Position numbers and translations under genes: made by a program
Assembly (NCBI GenBank): GCA_004212155.1
Contig: RXIG01000001.1
Location: 64,001-128,000 of the forward strand
DNA length: 64,000 nucleotides
Direction of reading: 5' to 3'
Origin: an archaeon
GTDB lineage: Archaea; Methanobacteriota_B; Thermococci; Methanofastidiosales; NM3
Notes under the pieces: model-generated
Database searches by the model: none
The model's input: only the letters and a program-made list of their open reading frames with translations
What the model was told of the DNA's origin: nothing
Shown: in pieces, positions 39,192-49,318 of the stretch
How positions within the stretch are numbered: position 1 is the stretch's first letter
Layout: every line of letters starts with the position of its first letter

Positions 39192-40346
39192 ATGGCAGAA
39201 TATGTGTTTACTTCTGAGTCTGTGTGCGAGGGACATCCCGATAAGGTTGCAGACCAAATATCTGACAGCGTCCTCGATGCGCTCATCGCTAAGGATCCGC
39301 AATCACGTGTTGCGTGCGAGACGCTCGTCACCACCGGCATGGCGTTTGTTGCCGGCGAGATCACCACCGATGCTTACGTTGATATTCCCCGTATCGTTCG
39401 AAACACGATCAAAGGAATAGGATATACTGATGCACGAATGGGATTCGACTACCAGACGTGCGCCGTCGTTACATCGATCGATGAGCAATCGCCCGACATC
39501 GCCATGGGCGTGAATCAGACCGCCGAGCGAGAACAGGGGGCCGGGGACCAGGGCATCATGTTCGGCTATGCGTGCAACGAGACCGAGAGCCTCATGCCCC
39601 TCTCGATATCGCTTGCGCACAAGTTGGCACAGCGCCTCTCAGAGACGAGGAAGAACCTCGAGCTCCCGTTCCTGCGTCCCGACGGGAAGACACAGGTAAG
39701 CGTCATCTACAAGAATGGCGTTCCGGACCGTATCTCGACGATCGTCATCGCGGCACAGCATGATTCTAAGGCGCCAAACGAGGAGATACGAAAGGGCATC
39801 ATCGAGAATGTCATCGAACCTGTCGTGCCAAAAGAGCTTCTCAAGAACACAGACTACCACATCAACGCCACCGGCCGCTTCGTACTCGGGGGACCGCTCG
39901 CAGACTGCGGATTGACCGGCCGAAAGATCATAGTCGACACGTACGGCGGCGTGGGAAGCCACGGTGGAGGATGTTTTTCTGGCAAGGATCCAAGCAAGGT
40001 CGACCGTTCGGCATCCTACATGGCGCGCCACATCGCAAAGAACATCGTGGCAGCAGAGCTTGCCGACAGCTGCGAGGTGCAGCTTGCCTACGCGATCGGC
40101 GTGGCAGACCCTGTTTCAGTATATATCGATTGCCGAGACACGAACAAGGTACCAGTTGAGAGGATGTGTTCCATGATCCGCGAGGTCTTTGACATGCGCC
40201 CGCGCGCCATCATCGACTATCTCGATCTCAAACGCCCGATCTACAAGAAGACAGCGGCATATGGTCACTTCGGCCGCAGCGATCCGGACTTCACATGGGA
40301 AAGCACGTCGCGCGCCGACGAGCTTCGGGACCTTGCAGGGCTCTAA
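39192..40346 (+). CDS. metK: S-adenosylmethionine synthetase, bacterial/eukaryotic type
   Basis: [62 protein letters not shown]. Confidence 0.97.
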   Translation: MAEYVFTSESVCEGHPDKVADQISDSVLDALIAKDPQSRVACETLVTTGMAFVAGEITTDAYVDIPRIVRNTIKGIGYTDARMGFDYQTCAVVTSIDEQSPDIAMGVNQTAEREQGAGDQGIMFGYACNETESLMPLSISLAHKLAQRLSETRKNLELPFLRPDGKTQVSVIYKNGVPDRISTIVIAAQHDSKAPNEEIRKGIIENVIEPVVPKELLKNTDYHINATGRFVLGGPLADCGLTGRKIIVDTYGGVGSHGGGCFSGKDPSKVDRSASYMARHIAKNIVAAELADSCEVQLAYAIGVADPVSVYIDCRDTNKVPVERMCSMIREVFDMRPRAIIDYLDLKRPIYKKTAAYGHFGRSDPDFTWESTSRADELRDLAGL

Positions 40347-40412
40347 ACCTCCCTCATTCTCCTTTTTATAGGTAAAATTTTATATATACATGTCGATTGG
40401 GTAGCATACGCG

Positions 40413-40916
40413 GTGATTCTATTGGAGATCAAGCGACGCCATGACATGTCAAAAAGCGATGTGAAGAAATTATTCAATTCGCTTGACACTGCCTATGACG
40501 AGATACCCGTACCGCCGGAGAAGGGACGATATATGTTGTGCGAGACCGACACGGACGTGTCGGTGGTGACATTCGAGGGCACTCCATCGTTCCTGCTTTG
40601 GAAGGACCAGGTCATACCGTCGCTTCATCTCTTCTTGGACCTGGACGTCCGCACGCTCGCCAACAGGGTGATCGTCGACATGGGCGCCATACGCTTCGTC
40701 ACGAACGGCGCAGACATCATGCGCCCCGGCATCGTTGACGTCTCAGCGTCCATTACCGAGAACATGTTCGTCATCGTCGGCGATGAGCGCCATGGGAAAC
40801 CACTGGCCATTGGCATCGCCCTTTATGATGGCGAGACGATCGCGGCCATGAGTGAGGGAAAGGCGGTCAAGAACGTGCATTACGTCGGCGACCCCATTTG
40901 GAACTTGAAAGTTTAG
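40413..40916 (+). CDS. PUA-domain RNA-binding protein (Tma20/MCT-1-like)
   Basis: VDMGAIRFVTNGADIMRPGI, HYVGDPIW. Confidence 0.92.
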   Translation: MILLEIKRRHDMSKSDVKKLFNSLDTAYDEIPVPPEKGRYMLCETDTDVSVVTFEGTPSFLLWKDQVIPSLHLFLDLDVRTLANRVIVDMGAIRFVTNGADIMRPGIVDVSASITENMFVIVGDERHGKPLAIGIALYDGETIAAMSEGKAVKNVHYVGDPIWNLKV

Positions 40917-40924
40917 GTGGCGTT

Positions 40925-42001
40925 ATGAAGATACCACAGCGAAAGGATGAACACATCTACCATACGATGGGTAGCGATGTGACATGCAAGACCCCGGCGG
41001 GGTTTGACGACGTCACGCTCGTCCACAGCGCCCTTCCCGAGATCTCATATGCCGATATCGATACGAGCGTGGAATTATTTGGGAAGCGCATTGATGCGCC
41101 GCTGATGATCTCAGCCCTCACGGGGGGATCTGAGTTGACGGGCAAGATCAACAAATCGCTTGCCAAGCTTGCCCACGCATACAACGTTCCGATATCCGTT
41201 GGGAGCCAGAGGGCGATGCATGCCGAGTCATCGCTTAGGCCAACGTATGAGATTCGTTCATACGCCCCCGATGTGCTGCTGTTTTCGAACGTCGGCATAG
41301 CACAGCTCATAACGATGAGCGACGATGAGGTGGAGCATATGGTGTCGTCCATCGGTGCCGACGTGCTCGCTGTGCACCTCAACCCCCTTCAGGAGGCGCT
41401 CCAGCCTGAAGGCGATACGAACTTTTCCGGCGGCATAGGCCGACTGCGGGAGATAAAGGATGCGCTGTCCATCCCGGTGATCGTGAAGGAGACAGGCGCA
41501 GGCATCTCCTACGAGGCGGCCTCGCGAATCTCGTTCCTTGACGGCATCGATGTGGCTGGAGTGGGTGGAACATCGTTTGCAGCGGTCGAATACCACAGGA
41601 CCACTGACGAGATGCGAAAAAACATCGCCCGCTCGTTCTGGGACTGGGGCGTTCCCACGGTCGCGTCCATCGTCGAATGTATCGAAGTGTTCGATACGCT
41701 GATCGCATCAGGCGGCGTACGAACGGGCATAGACATAGCGAAGTCGGTAGCGCTCGGTGCCACGTGCGCCGGCATCGCTCAACCATTCCTTTCAGCCGTA
41801 TATAAGCGTCCGCACGACGAAGCGAGACACTACGTCGAAACGCTCATCGAGGAACTCAGGATCACGATGTTCCTTGTGGGGGCAGCCTCCATCAACGATC
41901 TCCGCAACGCACCGGTGGTCGTGGGTGGCACGACGCGAGATTATTTATTTGAACGCGGATTCTCGGTTGAATATCTGGCACGAAAAGGTGATATTAGATG
42001 A
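40925..42001 (+). CDS. fni: Type 2 isopentenyl-diphosphate delta-isomerase
   Basis: RKDEHI, TGG, GSQR, HLNPLQE, VKETGAG, GGTS, SGGVR. Confidence 0.95.
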   Translation: MKIPQRKDEHIYHTMGSDVTCKTPAGFDDVTLVHSALPEISYADIDTSVELFGKRIDAPLMISALTGGSELTGKINKSLAKLAHAYNVPISVGSQRAMHAESSLRPTYEIRSYAPDVLLFSNVGIAQLITMSDDEVEHMVSSIGADVLAVHLNPLQEALQPEGDTNFSGGIGRLREIKDALSIPVIVKETGAGISYEAASRISFLDGIDVAGVGGTSFAAVEYHRTTDEMRKNIARSFWDWGVPTVASIVECIEVFDTLIASGGVRTGIDIAKSVALGATCAGIAQPFLSAVYKRPHDEARHYVETLIEELRITMFLVGAASINDLRNAPVVVGGTTRDYLFERGFSVEYLARKGDIR

Positions 42002-43293
42002 AAGTTTACGCATTGGGCGGTTATGAGGAAGTAGGAAAGAACATGACCGCCATCGAAGTTGATAAGAAAGTACTCATACTTGACATGGGCATCCGCCTCG
42101 ATCGCATCATGATCAGCGAGGATACCAATCTCCAGGACACGTCCACGAAGGAGCTGAACAGGATCGGTGCGATCCCGGACATAGCCCCATTAAAGCGAAA
42201 GAAGGTGGTGGGAGTCGTCGTGTCACACGGACACCTCGACCATATTGGGGCCATCGCGCGCCTTGCCCGCCGTTTCAAGTGTCCCATACTGGGCAAACCG
42301 TACCCGCTCAAGCTTGTGGCCTCCATACTCAAAGAGGAGAGGAAGCCGATGCCAAATCCCCTCTTCGAGGTGCAGGACTCTTCGGTGACCATCGGGCCGT
42401 TCGATATCAGGATCCTGCCTGTCACGCACTCCATACCCCAAGCGGGGTGTGTCGTCGTCTCGACGCCCGAGGGCGATGTATTCTTCACAGGAGACTACAA
42501 GCTGGACAACCACCAGCGACTGCAAAAACCCCTTAAGTTCTCAGAGCTCAAAAAGCTTGACATCAAGATCCTCATCACCGACAGCACGAACGTGCAAAAC
42601 GAGGGTATCACGCCTTCAGAGAAGGTCGCACGCACCCTGGTGAGCGATTACATGGGCATGATCGAGGACTCTGACAAGGGCATCGTCACATCGACGTTCT
42701 CCTCGCAGGTGGAGCGTATACTCACCATCATCGATGAGGCTGAGCGTATCGGGCGAAAACCGGTACTAGTCGGCAAGTCGCTTTGCAAGTACTACGGATT
42801 GGCACTCGAGATGGGCATTATCGACAAACCGGTCCAGATGATACGCAAGCGTGATGCGCTCGAGTCGACGCTCAAGGAGATCAACAAGAAAAAGGACGAA
42901 TATGTCGTCCTGGCTACCGGTTCACAGGGGGAGCAGGACGCCATCCTCTCACGCATCACGGACAAGAAGCTCCCCTATACGTTGGGCAAGGATGACACCG
43001 TCATCTTCTCCGCAAGCGTCGTGCCAAACCCCCTCAACATGGCCGCCCGCTACCGTCTTGAGACCAAGCTCAAGATGCAAGACGTTCGCGTCGTAAAGAA
43101 CCTCCACGTCTCCGGTCACGCAAGCAGGGAGGAGCATCGCAAGATGATACGCACGCTCTCGCCCGACTACGTCCTTCCCTGCCACGGCGCCCCCGACATG
43201 CTCATGTCGATGGCCGAGCTTAGCAACGAGGAAGGCTACTCGATAGGCAGCCAGGCGCTCGTGATGAGAAACGGCCAATCAATCTCCATCTGA
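41998..43293 (+). CDS. rnj: Ribonuclease J (beta-CASP)
   Basis: GGYEEVGKNM, HGHLDHIG, HSIP, GDYKLD, HVSGH. Confidence 0.93.
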   Translation: MKVYALGGYEEVGKNMTAIEVDKKVLILDMGIRLDRIMISEDTNLQDTSTKELNRIGAIPDIAPLKRKKVVGVVVSHGHLDHIGAIARLARRFKCPILGKPYPLKLVASILKEERKPMPNPLFEVQDSSVTIGPFDIRILPVTHSIPQAGCVVVSTPEGDVFFTGDYKLDNHQRLQKPLKFSELKKLDIKILITDSTNVQNEGITPSEKVARTLVSDYMGMIEDSDKGIVTSTFSSQVERILTIIDEAERIGRKPVLVGKSLCKYYGLALEMGIIDKPVQMIRKRDALESTLKEINKKKDEYVVLATGSQGEQDAILSRITDKKLPYTLGKDDTVIFSASVVPNPLNMAARYRLETKLKMQDVRVVKNLHVSGHASREEHRKMIRTLSPDYVLPCHGAPDMLMSMAELSNEEGYSIGSQALVMRNGQSISI

Positions 43294-43356
43294 GGCTGCC
43301 ACTGGGTCTCTCTCAGTTCTCATAAGTATCGTCATAGCGTGAGCTCGGCATTGGAT

Positions 43357-44091
43357 TCATTCATCATCGAGTGATACCCAGTAATGTATGCTATATCCTC
43401 GTTCGAGGACGACGGTCAGTCGCAGACGGAGCATATGCCCATACGGCTCACCGTCGCGCAGAAGTGTGACCGAACGTATGTCGTCACCGTAGGCTACCAC
43501 CTCCCGCTCGTGGCCGATGAGCGTCTCGGTATACGTTTCGGTGACGGTTCGTCCCTCTACGTCGACGTCAGGCATGGTGAACGCAACCGTCACGCGCTGC
43601 GATGCCTCGTCGTCGACAACTGCATCGCCGGAGATCGACTGATCGACAAGCGAGGCCGCCCATCTGTACGTCTGCGGCGCGCCCTCGCTGTTTGCTATCA
43701 CGAATCCAAAGGAGAACGTCTCCCCGGGATGGACGCTTGAGGGCACGTTTCGAACGACCATCTCTCGTGCGTCATCTGACACGTCCTCGACGCACCACCA
43801 CGTTCCGTGCGCCTCGAACGTGTCGTTGATGTAGAACGGCCCATACGATGTGGCATCATCCATGAGAACGAGGCCGCCATCGTGAGTCGTTGCGGCAAGG
43901 CCATGCCACGCGAGCGGCTCGTCGTCACCGAACACGAGCTTTTCGCCATGAAAGTAGAGTTCCGAAAACGGCGTCTCTGACGCTGGTGCAGTGGCGACAG
44001 AATATGCGATGACCGCTATACCGATGAGCGATGCAGCGATGATGGCACCATACAGGGCATTGGACGAGTCATTCATGCGATGTGCTATCAT
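43357..44091 (-). CDS. Membrane-anchored DUF1616-like protein
   Basis: N-terminal TM, PFSELY, IANSEG..TY, IHYWV C-terminus. Confidence 0.6.
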   Translation of the reverse strand: MIAHRMNDSSNALYGAIIAASLIGIAVIAYSVATAPASETPFSELYFHGEKLVFGDDEPLAWHGLAATTHDGGLVLMDDATSYGPFYINDTFEAHGTWWCVEDVSDDAREMVVRNVPSSVHPGETFSFGFVIANSEGAPQTYRWAASLVDQSISGDAVVDDEASQRVTVAFTMPDVDVEGRTVTETYTETLIGHEREVVAYGDDIRSVTLLRDGEPYGHMLRLRLTVVLERGYSIHYWVSLDDE

Positions 44092-44351
44092 CTATTCAAT
44101 GTTTTAATATAGTTTATGCTATTGGTCCCGTATGCCCTGCGGCATAATGATCACGGCCTCCATAGTCGTCCCACTCCGCTGCACACATGCAAGCGAATGT
44201 GTCAATGGCAAGCGACAGTTACCGGATTCAAAAGGCAAGAACCAATCTTTTGGATCCCCTTATCCGAGCGAACGCAACGTCATGGAAAAGCTATAAAAAG
44301 CCGTCGTAATATCTTTACCATCTATTATTATCCGGGTAAGCAGGTGTTTGA

Positions 44352-44882
44352 ATGGCCTATGAGTGCAATGGAACAGAATTTATATCAATGTATGGCGACA
44401 TAACCGAGCTCGACGTGGACGGCATTGTCATAGCATCGTCTCCCGACCTGAGCATGGATGCGGGGATCGCATGCAAGATCAGGGACACGGGAGGACCTTC
44501 GATCGAGGAGGCTGCGGACAAGCACAAGGGGGCGCCCCCCGGGTCTGTCATCACCACCCATTGCGGCACGCTCGAGGCATCACATCTCTTCCACAGCGTT
44601 ATCCTAGATGGAGACAAGACTGCCGACCCCGACATCTTGCGTTCGTGCGTGAGGGTCATGTTCGAGAAGGCACGCGAGCTGGGGGCCACAACGCTGGCGC
44701 TTCCCGCACTCGGGTCCGCGTTCAAGGGGCTCTCCCCGAAGATGTCAACAGACATCATCGTATCCGAGGCCAAGGCGGCGGTGGAGCAATACGCAGGTGC
44801 ATTCAAGAAGATCTACTTCGTCGTATGCGACCCGACGCCGTACCGATATTACAAGAAAGCGCTCAAGAAGCACTGCAAGTAG
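44352..44882 (+). CDS. Macro domain protein (degenerate motifs)
   Basis: GDITELDVDGIV, TTHCGTL, FHSV, LALPALGS. Confidence 0.85.
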   Translation: MAYECNGTEFISMYGDITELDVDGIVIASSPDLSMDAGIACKIRDTGGPSIEEAADKHKGAPPGSVITTHCGTLEASHLFHSVILDGDKTADPDILRSCVRVMFEKARELGATTLALPALGSAFKGLSPKMSTDIIVSEAKAAVEQYAGAFKKIYFVVCDPTPYRYYKKALKKHCK

Positions 44883-44890
44883 GGGATACC

Positions 44891-45472
44891 ATGGACACAT
44901 CGAAGTTGCCTTCCGCATCATTTCCGACGAAGTATGGCACGTTTTGCATCTATGCGTTCAAGGAAGGGCGCATGGAGCACCTAGCGTTGGTCAAGGGCGA
45001 CGTATGCGACAAGGACGATGTTCCCGTGCGCATTCATTCGCAGTGCATCACTGGCGATGCGCTGGGTTCGTTGCGCTGCGACTGCGGCGTGCAGCTCGAC
45101 CATTCGCTCGAATACATCGGAGCCCAGGACTATGGCATTCTCTTCTACCTGGGCCATGAGGGCCGGGGCATTGGCCTTTTCAACAAGATAAAGGCATACG
45201 AGCTCCAGGACAAGGGGGACGATACCGTCGAGGCAAACGAGCGGCTCGGATTTGAAAGCGATATGCGCGATTACGGCATCGTGGCGGATTTCCTCATATC
45301 GTTTGGCGTGCGTTCCGTTCACCTCATCACCAACAATCCTTCGAAGCTTGACGACCTTACGAGGAAGGGTGTCGCCGTAACTCAACGCATCCCCCTCATC
45401 GTGCCGCCCAACAAGTTCAATGCGTTCTATCTCCAGACAAAGCGAGAGAAGATGCACCATATCTTCGGATGA
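44891..45472 (+). CDS. ribA: GTP cyclohydrolase II
   Basis: VRIHSQCITGD, SLRCDCG, EGRGIGL, TNNP; real start at ATG 44891. Confidence 0.95.
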   Translation: MDTSKLPSASFPTKYGTFCIYAFKEGRMEHLALVKGDVCDKDDVPVRIHSQCITGDALGSLRCDCGVQLDHSLEYIGAQDYGILFYLGHEGRGIGLFNKIKAYELQDKGDDTVEANERLGFESDMRDYGIVADFLISFGVRSVHLITNNPSKLDDLTRKGVAVTQRIPLIVPPNKFNAFYLQTKREKMHHIFG

Positions 45473-45476
45473 TACG

Positions 45477-46544
45477 ATGTCATGTGACGATGTATATTTC
45501 ATGGGTCGTGCGCTCATGCTTGCGCGCAAGGGTCATCCCTCCCCCAACCCCCGCGTCGGCGCCGTGGTCGTCAGGGACGGTGTCATCATTGGAGAGGGCT
45601 TTCATGAACGTGTGGGCATGCCCCATGCGGAGGTCAACGCAATGAAGGGCATCGATGCCAAAGGTGCAACGCTCTATGTGACCCTCGAGCCATGCTCGCA
45701 CCATGGCCGCACCCCTCCCTGCACAGATGCTATCATCAAGGCAGGCATCGAACGTGTGGTATGTGCCATGCGCGACCCCAATCCAAAGGTTGATGGGTTA
45801 CGGCTTCTCAAGGAAGCGGGCATAACGGTCGAGGCCGGCGTCCTCGAAGCTGAGGCCAGGCGCCTCAACGAGGCGTTCATTCGATACATCGATACCAAAC
45901 GCCCATTCACGGTGCTCAAGTGCGGCATGAGCCTTGACGGCAAGATAGCAACGAAGACGGGTGAATCGAAGTGGATCACGTCACAACCTTCCCGTAAACG
46001 GTCTCGCTTGATGCGGGAGAACTTCGATGCGATACTCGTCGGCATCAACACCGTCTTGGCCGACGACCCCATGCTTCGCTCAGGTGGAACAAAGGACCCC
46101 AAAAGGATCATCCTCGACAGCGCGCTTCGCATCCCGCGAGAAAGCAACGTGCTCTCGGATGGCAACGTGCTTGTCGTCACCACTGGTCGGGCCGATGAGA
46201 CACGATTGAGGGAACTCAGAAACGATGGCATCGAGGTGCTCGTCTGCGGCGAGACGGAGGTCGATCTTGCTGCCCTTCTCAAAGTGTTGGGGGAGCGAGG
46301 CATATCGTCGCTTCTCGTGGAGGGGGGAAGCACTGTCCATGGAAGCTTTGTGATGGCAGGTCTTGTTGACAAGGTGCTTTTCTTCATAGCACCGTTGCTC
46401 ATACCCGGATCGGACGCTTTGAGCGCGGTGGGGGGCGTCGGCATCGAACAGCTCGGAGATGCATTCAGGCTGGGGACGATGAGGGTTCGTCGCTTTGGCG
46501 ACGACATTCTTATTGAGGCATACCCTGCTCAGAGGACTGAGTAG
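45477..46544 (+). CDS. ribD: Bifunctional pyrimidine deaminase/reductase RibD
   Basis: PNPRVGAV, HAE, LEPCSHHGRTPPC, SLDGKIA, VEGG. Confidence 0.96.
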   Translation: MSCDDVYFMGRALMLARKGHPSPNPRVGAVVVRDGVIIGEGFHERVGMPHAEVNAMKGIDAKGATLYVTLEPCSHHGRTPPCTDAIIKAGIERVVCAMRDPNPKVDGLRLLKEAGITVEAGVLEAEARRLNEAFIRYIDTKRPFTVLKCGMSLDGKIATKTGESKWITSQPSRKRSRLMRENFDAILVGINTVLADDPMLRSGGTKDPKRIILDSALRIPRESNVLSDGNVLVVTTGRADETRLRELRNDGIEVLVCGETEVDLAALLKVLGERGISSLLVEGGSTVHGSFVMAGLVDKVLFFIAPLLIPGSDALSAVGGVGIEQLGDAFRLGTMRVRRFGDDILIEAYPAQRTE

Positions 46545-47605
46545 AGCGTGTCACGCTGTCGCGGCTCTCTTCCTGCAAGACGTATCATGGCCTCGATGTC
46601 CTCCTTTTCCGTGCAGTCACCGTGCGTTCCTCCGGAGGCACGTGATATGTTCTCCTCATAAAGCGTTCCGCCAACGTCGTTGGCACCGCACGTGAGCGCA
46701 ACGTGGGTAAGCTTCCAACCGAGCTTCACCCACGATGCCTGTATGTTTGGGATAACGTCGTTGAGCACGATGCGGCTTATGGCATGCGTGGTGAGATCGT
46801 CGATGCCCGATGTCCCCTGTAGGCCGTAGCGAAGTCCCAGTTCGTTTCGAGGCAGATAAGAAAGCGGGACGAACTCGGTGAATCCGCCCGTCTTTTCCTG
46901 GATATCCCTTATAGCGAAGAGATGGCGCACCCGCTGCTCTGGCGTCTCCAGGTGGCCATACATCATCGTGGCGGTGGTCGGTATGCCAAGAGAATGCGCC
47001 ATCGTCACGACCTCCTTCCAGCGCGCCGTTGTGATCTTTTCTGGGCATATGACCGAACGCACCTCGTCGTCAAGTATCTCGGCCGCTGTACCGGGCATCG
47101 ACCCTAGGCCCGCTTCCTTGAGCACCAGGAGCGTTTCCCTTACGCCTATGCCCTCCTGTCTGGCCATATGGTCTACCTCTGCGGGAGAGAAGGCGTGGAT
47201 GTGCAGCGATGGATCCTCATGGTGCACCGTCTGGAGGAGCTCGACGTAGTACGGAAGCCCGAGCGAGGGGTGAAGGCCGCCCTGCAGGCAGACCTCAGTG
47301 ATGCCACCCGTCCCGAGCCGCTTGCGCACCTCGTCCATCGACATGGCGGCCCCTGTCTTGTTATGGAAGCTGCAAAACAGGCAGCTGCCTGTGCAGCATG
47401 ATGTGAAGTTGATATTCCTGTTGACCACATACGTTACTGCGTCACCGCATGTGCGGGCCCGCAGCATGTCCGCCGCCGACCACAGCGCGCGAGAGTCGTT
47501 TCCCCGTGCCGAAAACAGCATCGTCGCGTCAGCCGGCGAGATATTTTCGCCGTCAACCACCCTTTCAAGTATCTCCCCTATTACGGGGTCAAGTGCGAGA
47601 TGCAT
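46529..47605 (-). CDS. cofH: FO synthase subunit CofH (start uncertain, 47605-47650)
   Basis: VTYVVNRNINFT, CTGSCLFC, HIHAFSP, MPGTAAEIL, NIQASWVKLG. Confidence 0.92.
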   Translation of the reverse strand: MHLALDPVIGEILERVVDGENISPADATMLFSARGNDSRALWSAADMLRARTCGDAVTYVVNRNINFTSCCTGSCLFCSFHNKTGAAMSMDEVRKRLGTGGITEVCLQGGLHPSLGLPYYVELLQTVHHEDPSLHIHAFSPAEVDHMARQEGIGVRETLLVLKEAGLGSMPGTAAEILDDEVRSVICPEKITTARWKEVVTMAHSLGIPTTATMMYGHLETPEQRVRHLFAIRDIQEKTGGFTEFVPLSYLPRNELGLRYGLQGTSGIDDLTTHAISRIVLNDVIPNIQASWVKLGWKLTHVALTCGANDVGGTLYEENISRASGGTHGDCTEKEDIEAMIRLAGREPRQRDTLYSVL

Positions 47606-48671
47606 CGTGAACATATCCCTTATCGTCGACTCTCGAGATTGCCTTTTCATAGAGTTGTTCGCTTAAAAAAGATGCGGTGATGAATCGGGGGTGCACAGGA
47701 AGGCGCTCCTTGAGCATCGCGGGCACCGAGGAGGGGTGTGGCCAGAGCTGTTCGGGATTGACATGGTCGATGGTAAGTGGCGATATGCCGCCAAGGTCGT
47801 CCACGCCGCATGCCATGATGTCTGTCAACGCGTTTCCGAGTAGATTTGGCGGCACCTGTATCGCTACGTCTGGAAACATCAGCCGCGCGACAGAAACGAC
47901 CGATCTCACATACTCGATCGTGGGGGGAGTGTGGCGTTCCATCGGCGTCCCTGGGTGGGGAACGAAGTTTTGGATGATGATCTCCTGTATGTGCCCGTAC
48001 CTGTCGTGAAGGTCTCGCAACGCCTTGAGCGATGCGTATACTTCTTCTGGTGTCTCACCGATGCCAAGGAGCAGTCCCGTGGTGAACGGCACTCGAAGCT
48101 GTCCCGCCGCACGTATCGTCGCAAGCCTCGTCTCCGGGTCCTTGCCCGGGCTATCCTTGTGCGCCACCGTGTCCATGAGCCGTTGTGATACCGTCTCGAG
48201 CATGAGCCCCATCGATGCCGTGACGGGACGCAAAAGGGCGATCTCATCCTTTTCCATGACGCCGGGATTGCTGTGAACGAACAGAGTCGTCGTATCATTT
48301 ATCGTTTCGCTGAGGTCATGCAGGTACGAGATGATCGAGTCATGACCGAGCGTGTGAAGTTCCCTTCGCACCCTCGCATACTCCTCGGGGCGCTCGCCAA
48401 ATGTGAAGAGCGCCTCGCTGCAGTGAAGAGTTTCCGCACGCCGTACAAGGGCCATGACCGATGCGCGCCCCATGATGTTCCCCATGGGAGCAGGCTGTTT
48501 CTTGAAGGTGCAGTACCCGCAGCTGTTCCTGCATACATGGGTAAGCGGCACGAACACGTTGCGTGCATAGGTAATATATGGTGAGTATGCCCGTTTCACT
48601 TCCCTGAGCCGTACAGGGTCCAGGTGTTCCCTTCCGTTGAGAACGTCAAGCGCCATGTCCCCATCTATCAT
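47589..48671 (-). CDS. cofG: FO synthase subunit CofG
   Basis: ITYARNVFVPLT, CRNSCGYC, SMGLMLE, HIQEIIIQNF, QVPPNL, DLGGISP. Confidence 0.94.
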   Translation of the reverse strand: MIDGDMALDVLNGREHLDPVRLREVKRAYSPYITYARNVFVPLTHVCRNSCGYCTFKKQPAPMGNIMGRASVMALVRRAETLHCSEALFTFGERPEEYARVRRELHTLGHDSIISYLHDLSETINDTTTLFVHSNPGVMEKDEIALLRPVTASMGLMLETVSQRLMDTVAHKDSPGKDPETRLATIRAAGQLRVPFTTGLLLGIGETPEEVYASLKALRDLHDRYGHIQEIIIQNFVPHPGTPMERHTPPTIEYVRSVVSVARLMFPDVAIQVPPNLLGNALTDIMACGVDDLGGISPLTIDHVNPEQLWPHPSSVPAMLKERLPVHPRFITASFLSEQLYEKAISRVDDKGYVHDASRT

Positions 48672-48737
48672 GTCCCTGTGTCCTCCGCTGAAAAGATTCG
48701 TTAGAAAGTCTTAAATAGGTTCGTTCTCATACGCGAA

Positions 48738-49223
48738 TTGATGGATATCTGGCTCGTAGCATTTCTCATCGCGGCATGTGCGGTGTTTGTGATCTGCTTT
48801 GCAATACCTCAGCTTGGCGGCCACAAGAAGAGCGCATCCATCCCGAAGGTATCGATGGACCACCAACCCGATACCTCCCCGGAAGAGGAACTCGTGGTGC
48901 ATGATGACATCTTTTTCGATGAGGAACCGTTTGAGTCCGATAGGTATGTGCCCCCGTCCGTCAAGGGCGTCCGCATAGCGTATCGCCAGTTCGCGCGAGA
49001 GCTTGACACGCTCCTCAACGAGGTGGAGGACACTTCGTCAGTAGGCTCCTATCATCGATTGAAGTATGAGGAGTTATCCTCCTTTTTCAACTCCACGCTT
49101 AAGGGATATTCCAGGGAGATCTCCCGCGATGAGATGAGCAACGTTTCTCAGAAACTTGAACGTATCGAATACCTTCTCGACAAAAAGGGTGCGCCTGGCC
49201 ACTACGATGCGTATTCCTCGTAA
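48738..49223 (+). CDS. Membrane-anchored hypothetical protein
   Basis: N-terminal TM, acidic linker, helical C-terminus. Confidence 0.7.
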   Translation: MMDIWLVAFLIAACAVFVICFAIPQLGGHKKSASIPKVSMDHQPDTSPEEELVVHDDIFFDEEPFESDRYVPPSVKGVRIAYRQFARELDTLLNEVEDTSSVGSYHRLKYEELSSFFNSTLKGYSREISRDEMSNVSQKLERIEYLLDKKGAPGHYDAYSS

Positions 49224-49318
49224 GACAATAATAACAGTATTGATTATCATTATTGATAAGCGAAAGATATAAAAAGGTTAATCAGTAAAGGTATCTTATA
49301 TAAAAGGAGGTTTATTCA

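Noticed and set aside
44363-44890. Apparent long N-terminal extension of RibA (possible RibBA or macro-RibA fusion)
   Set aside because: The extension is an off-frame overlap of the macrodomain gene; RibA has its own SD and ATG at 44891
46529-47605. MqnC/MqnE menaquinone radical SAM
   Set aside because: NIQASWVKLG motif and adjacency to cofG favour CofH
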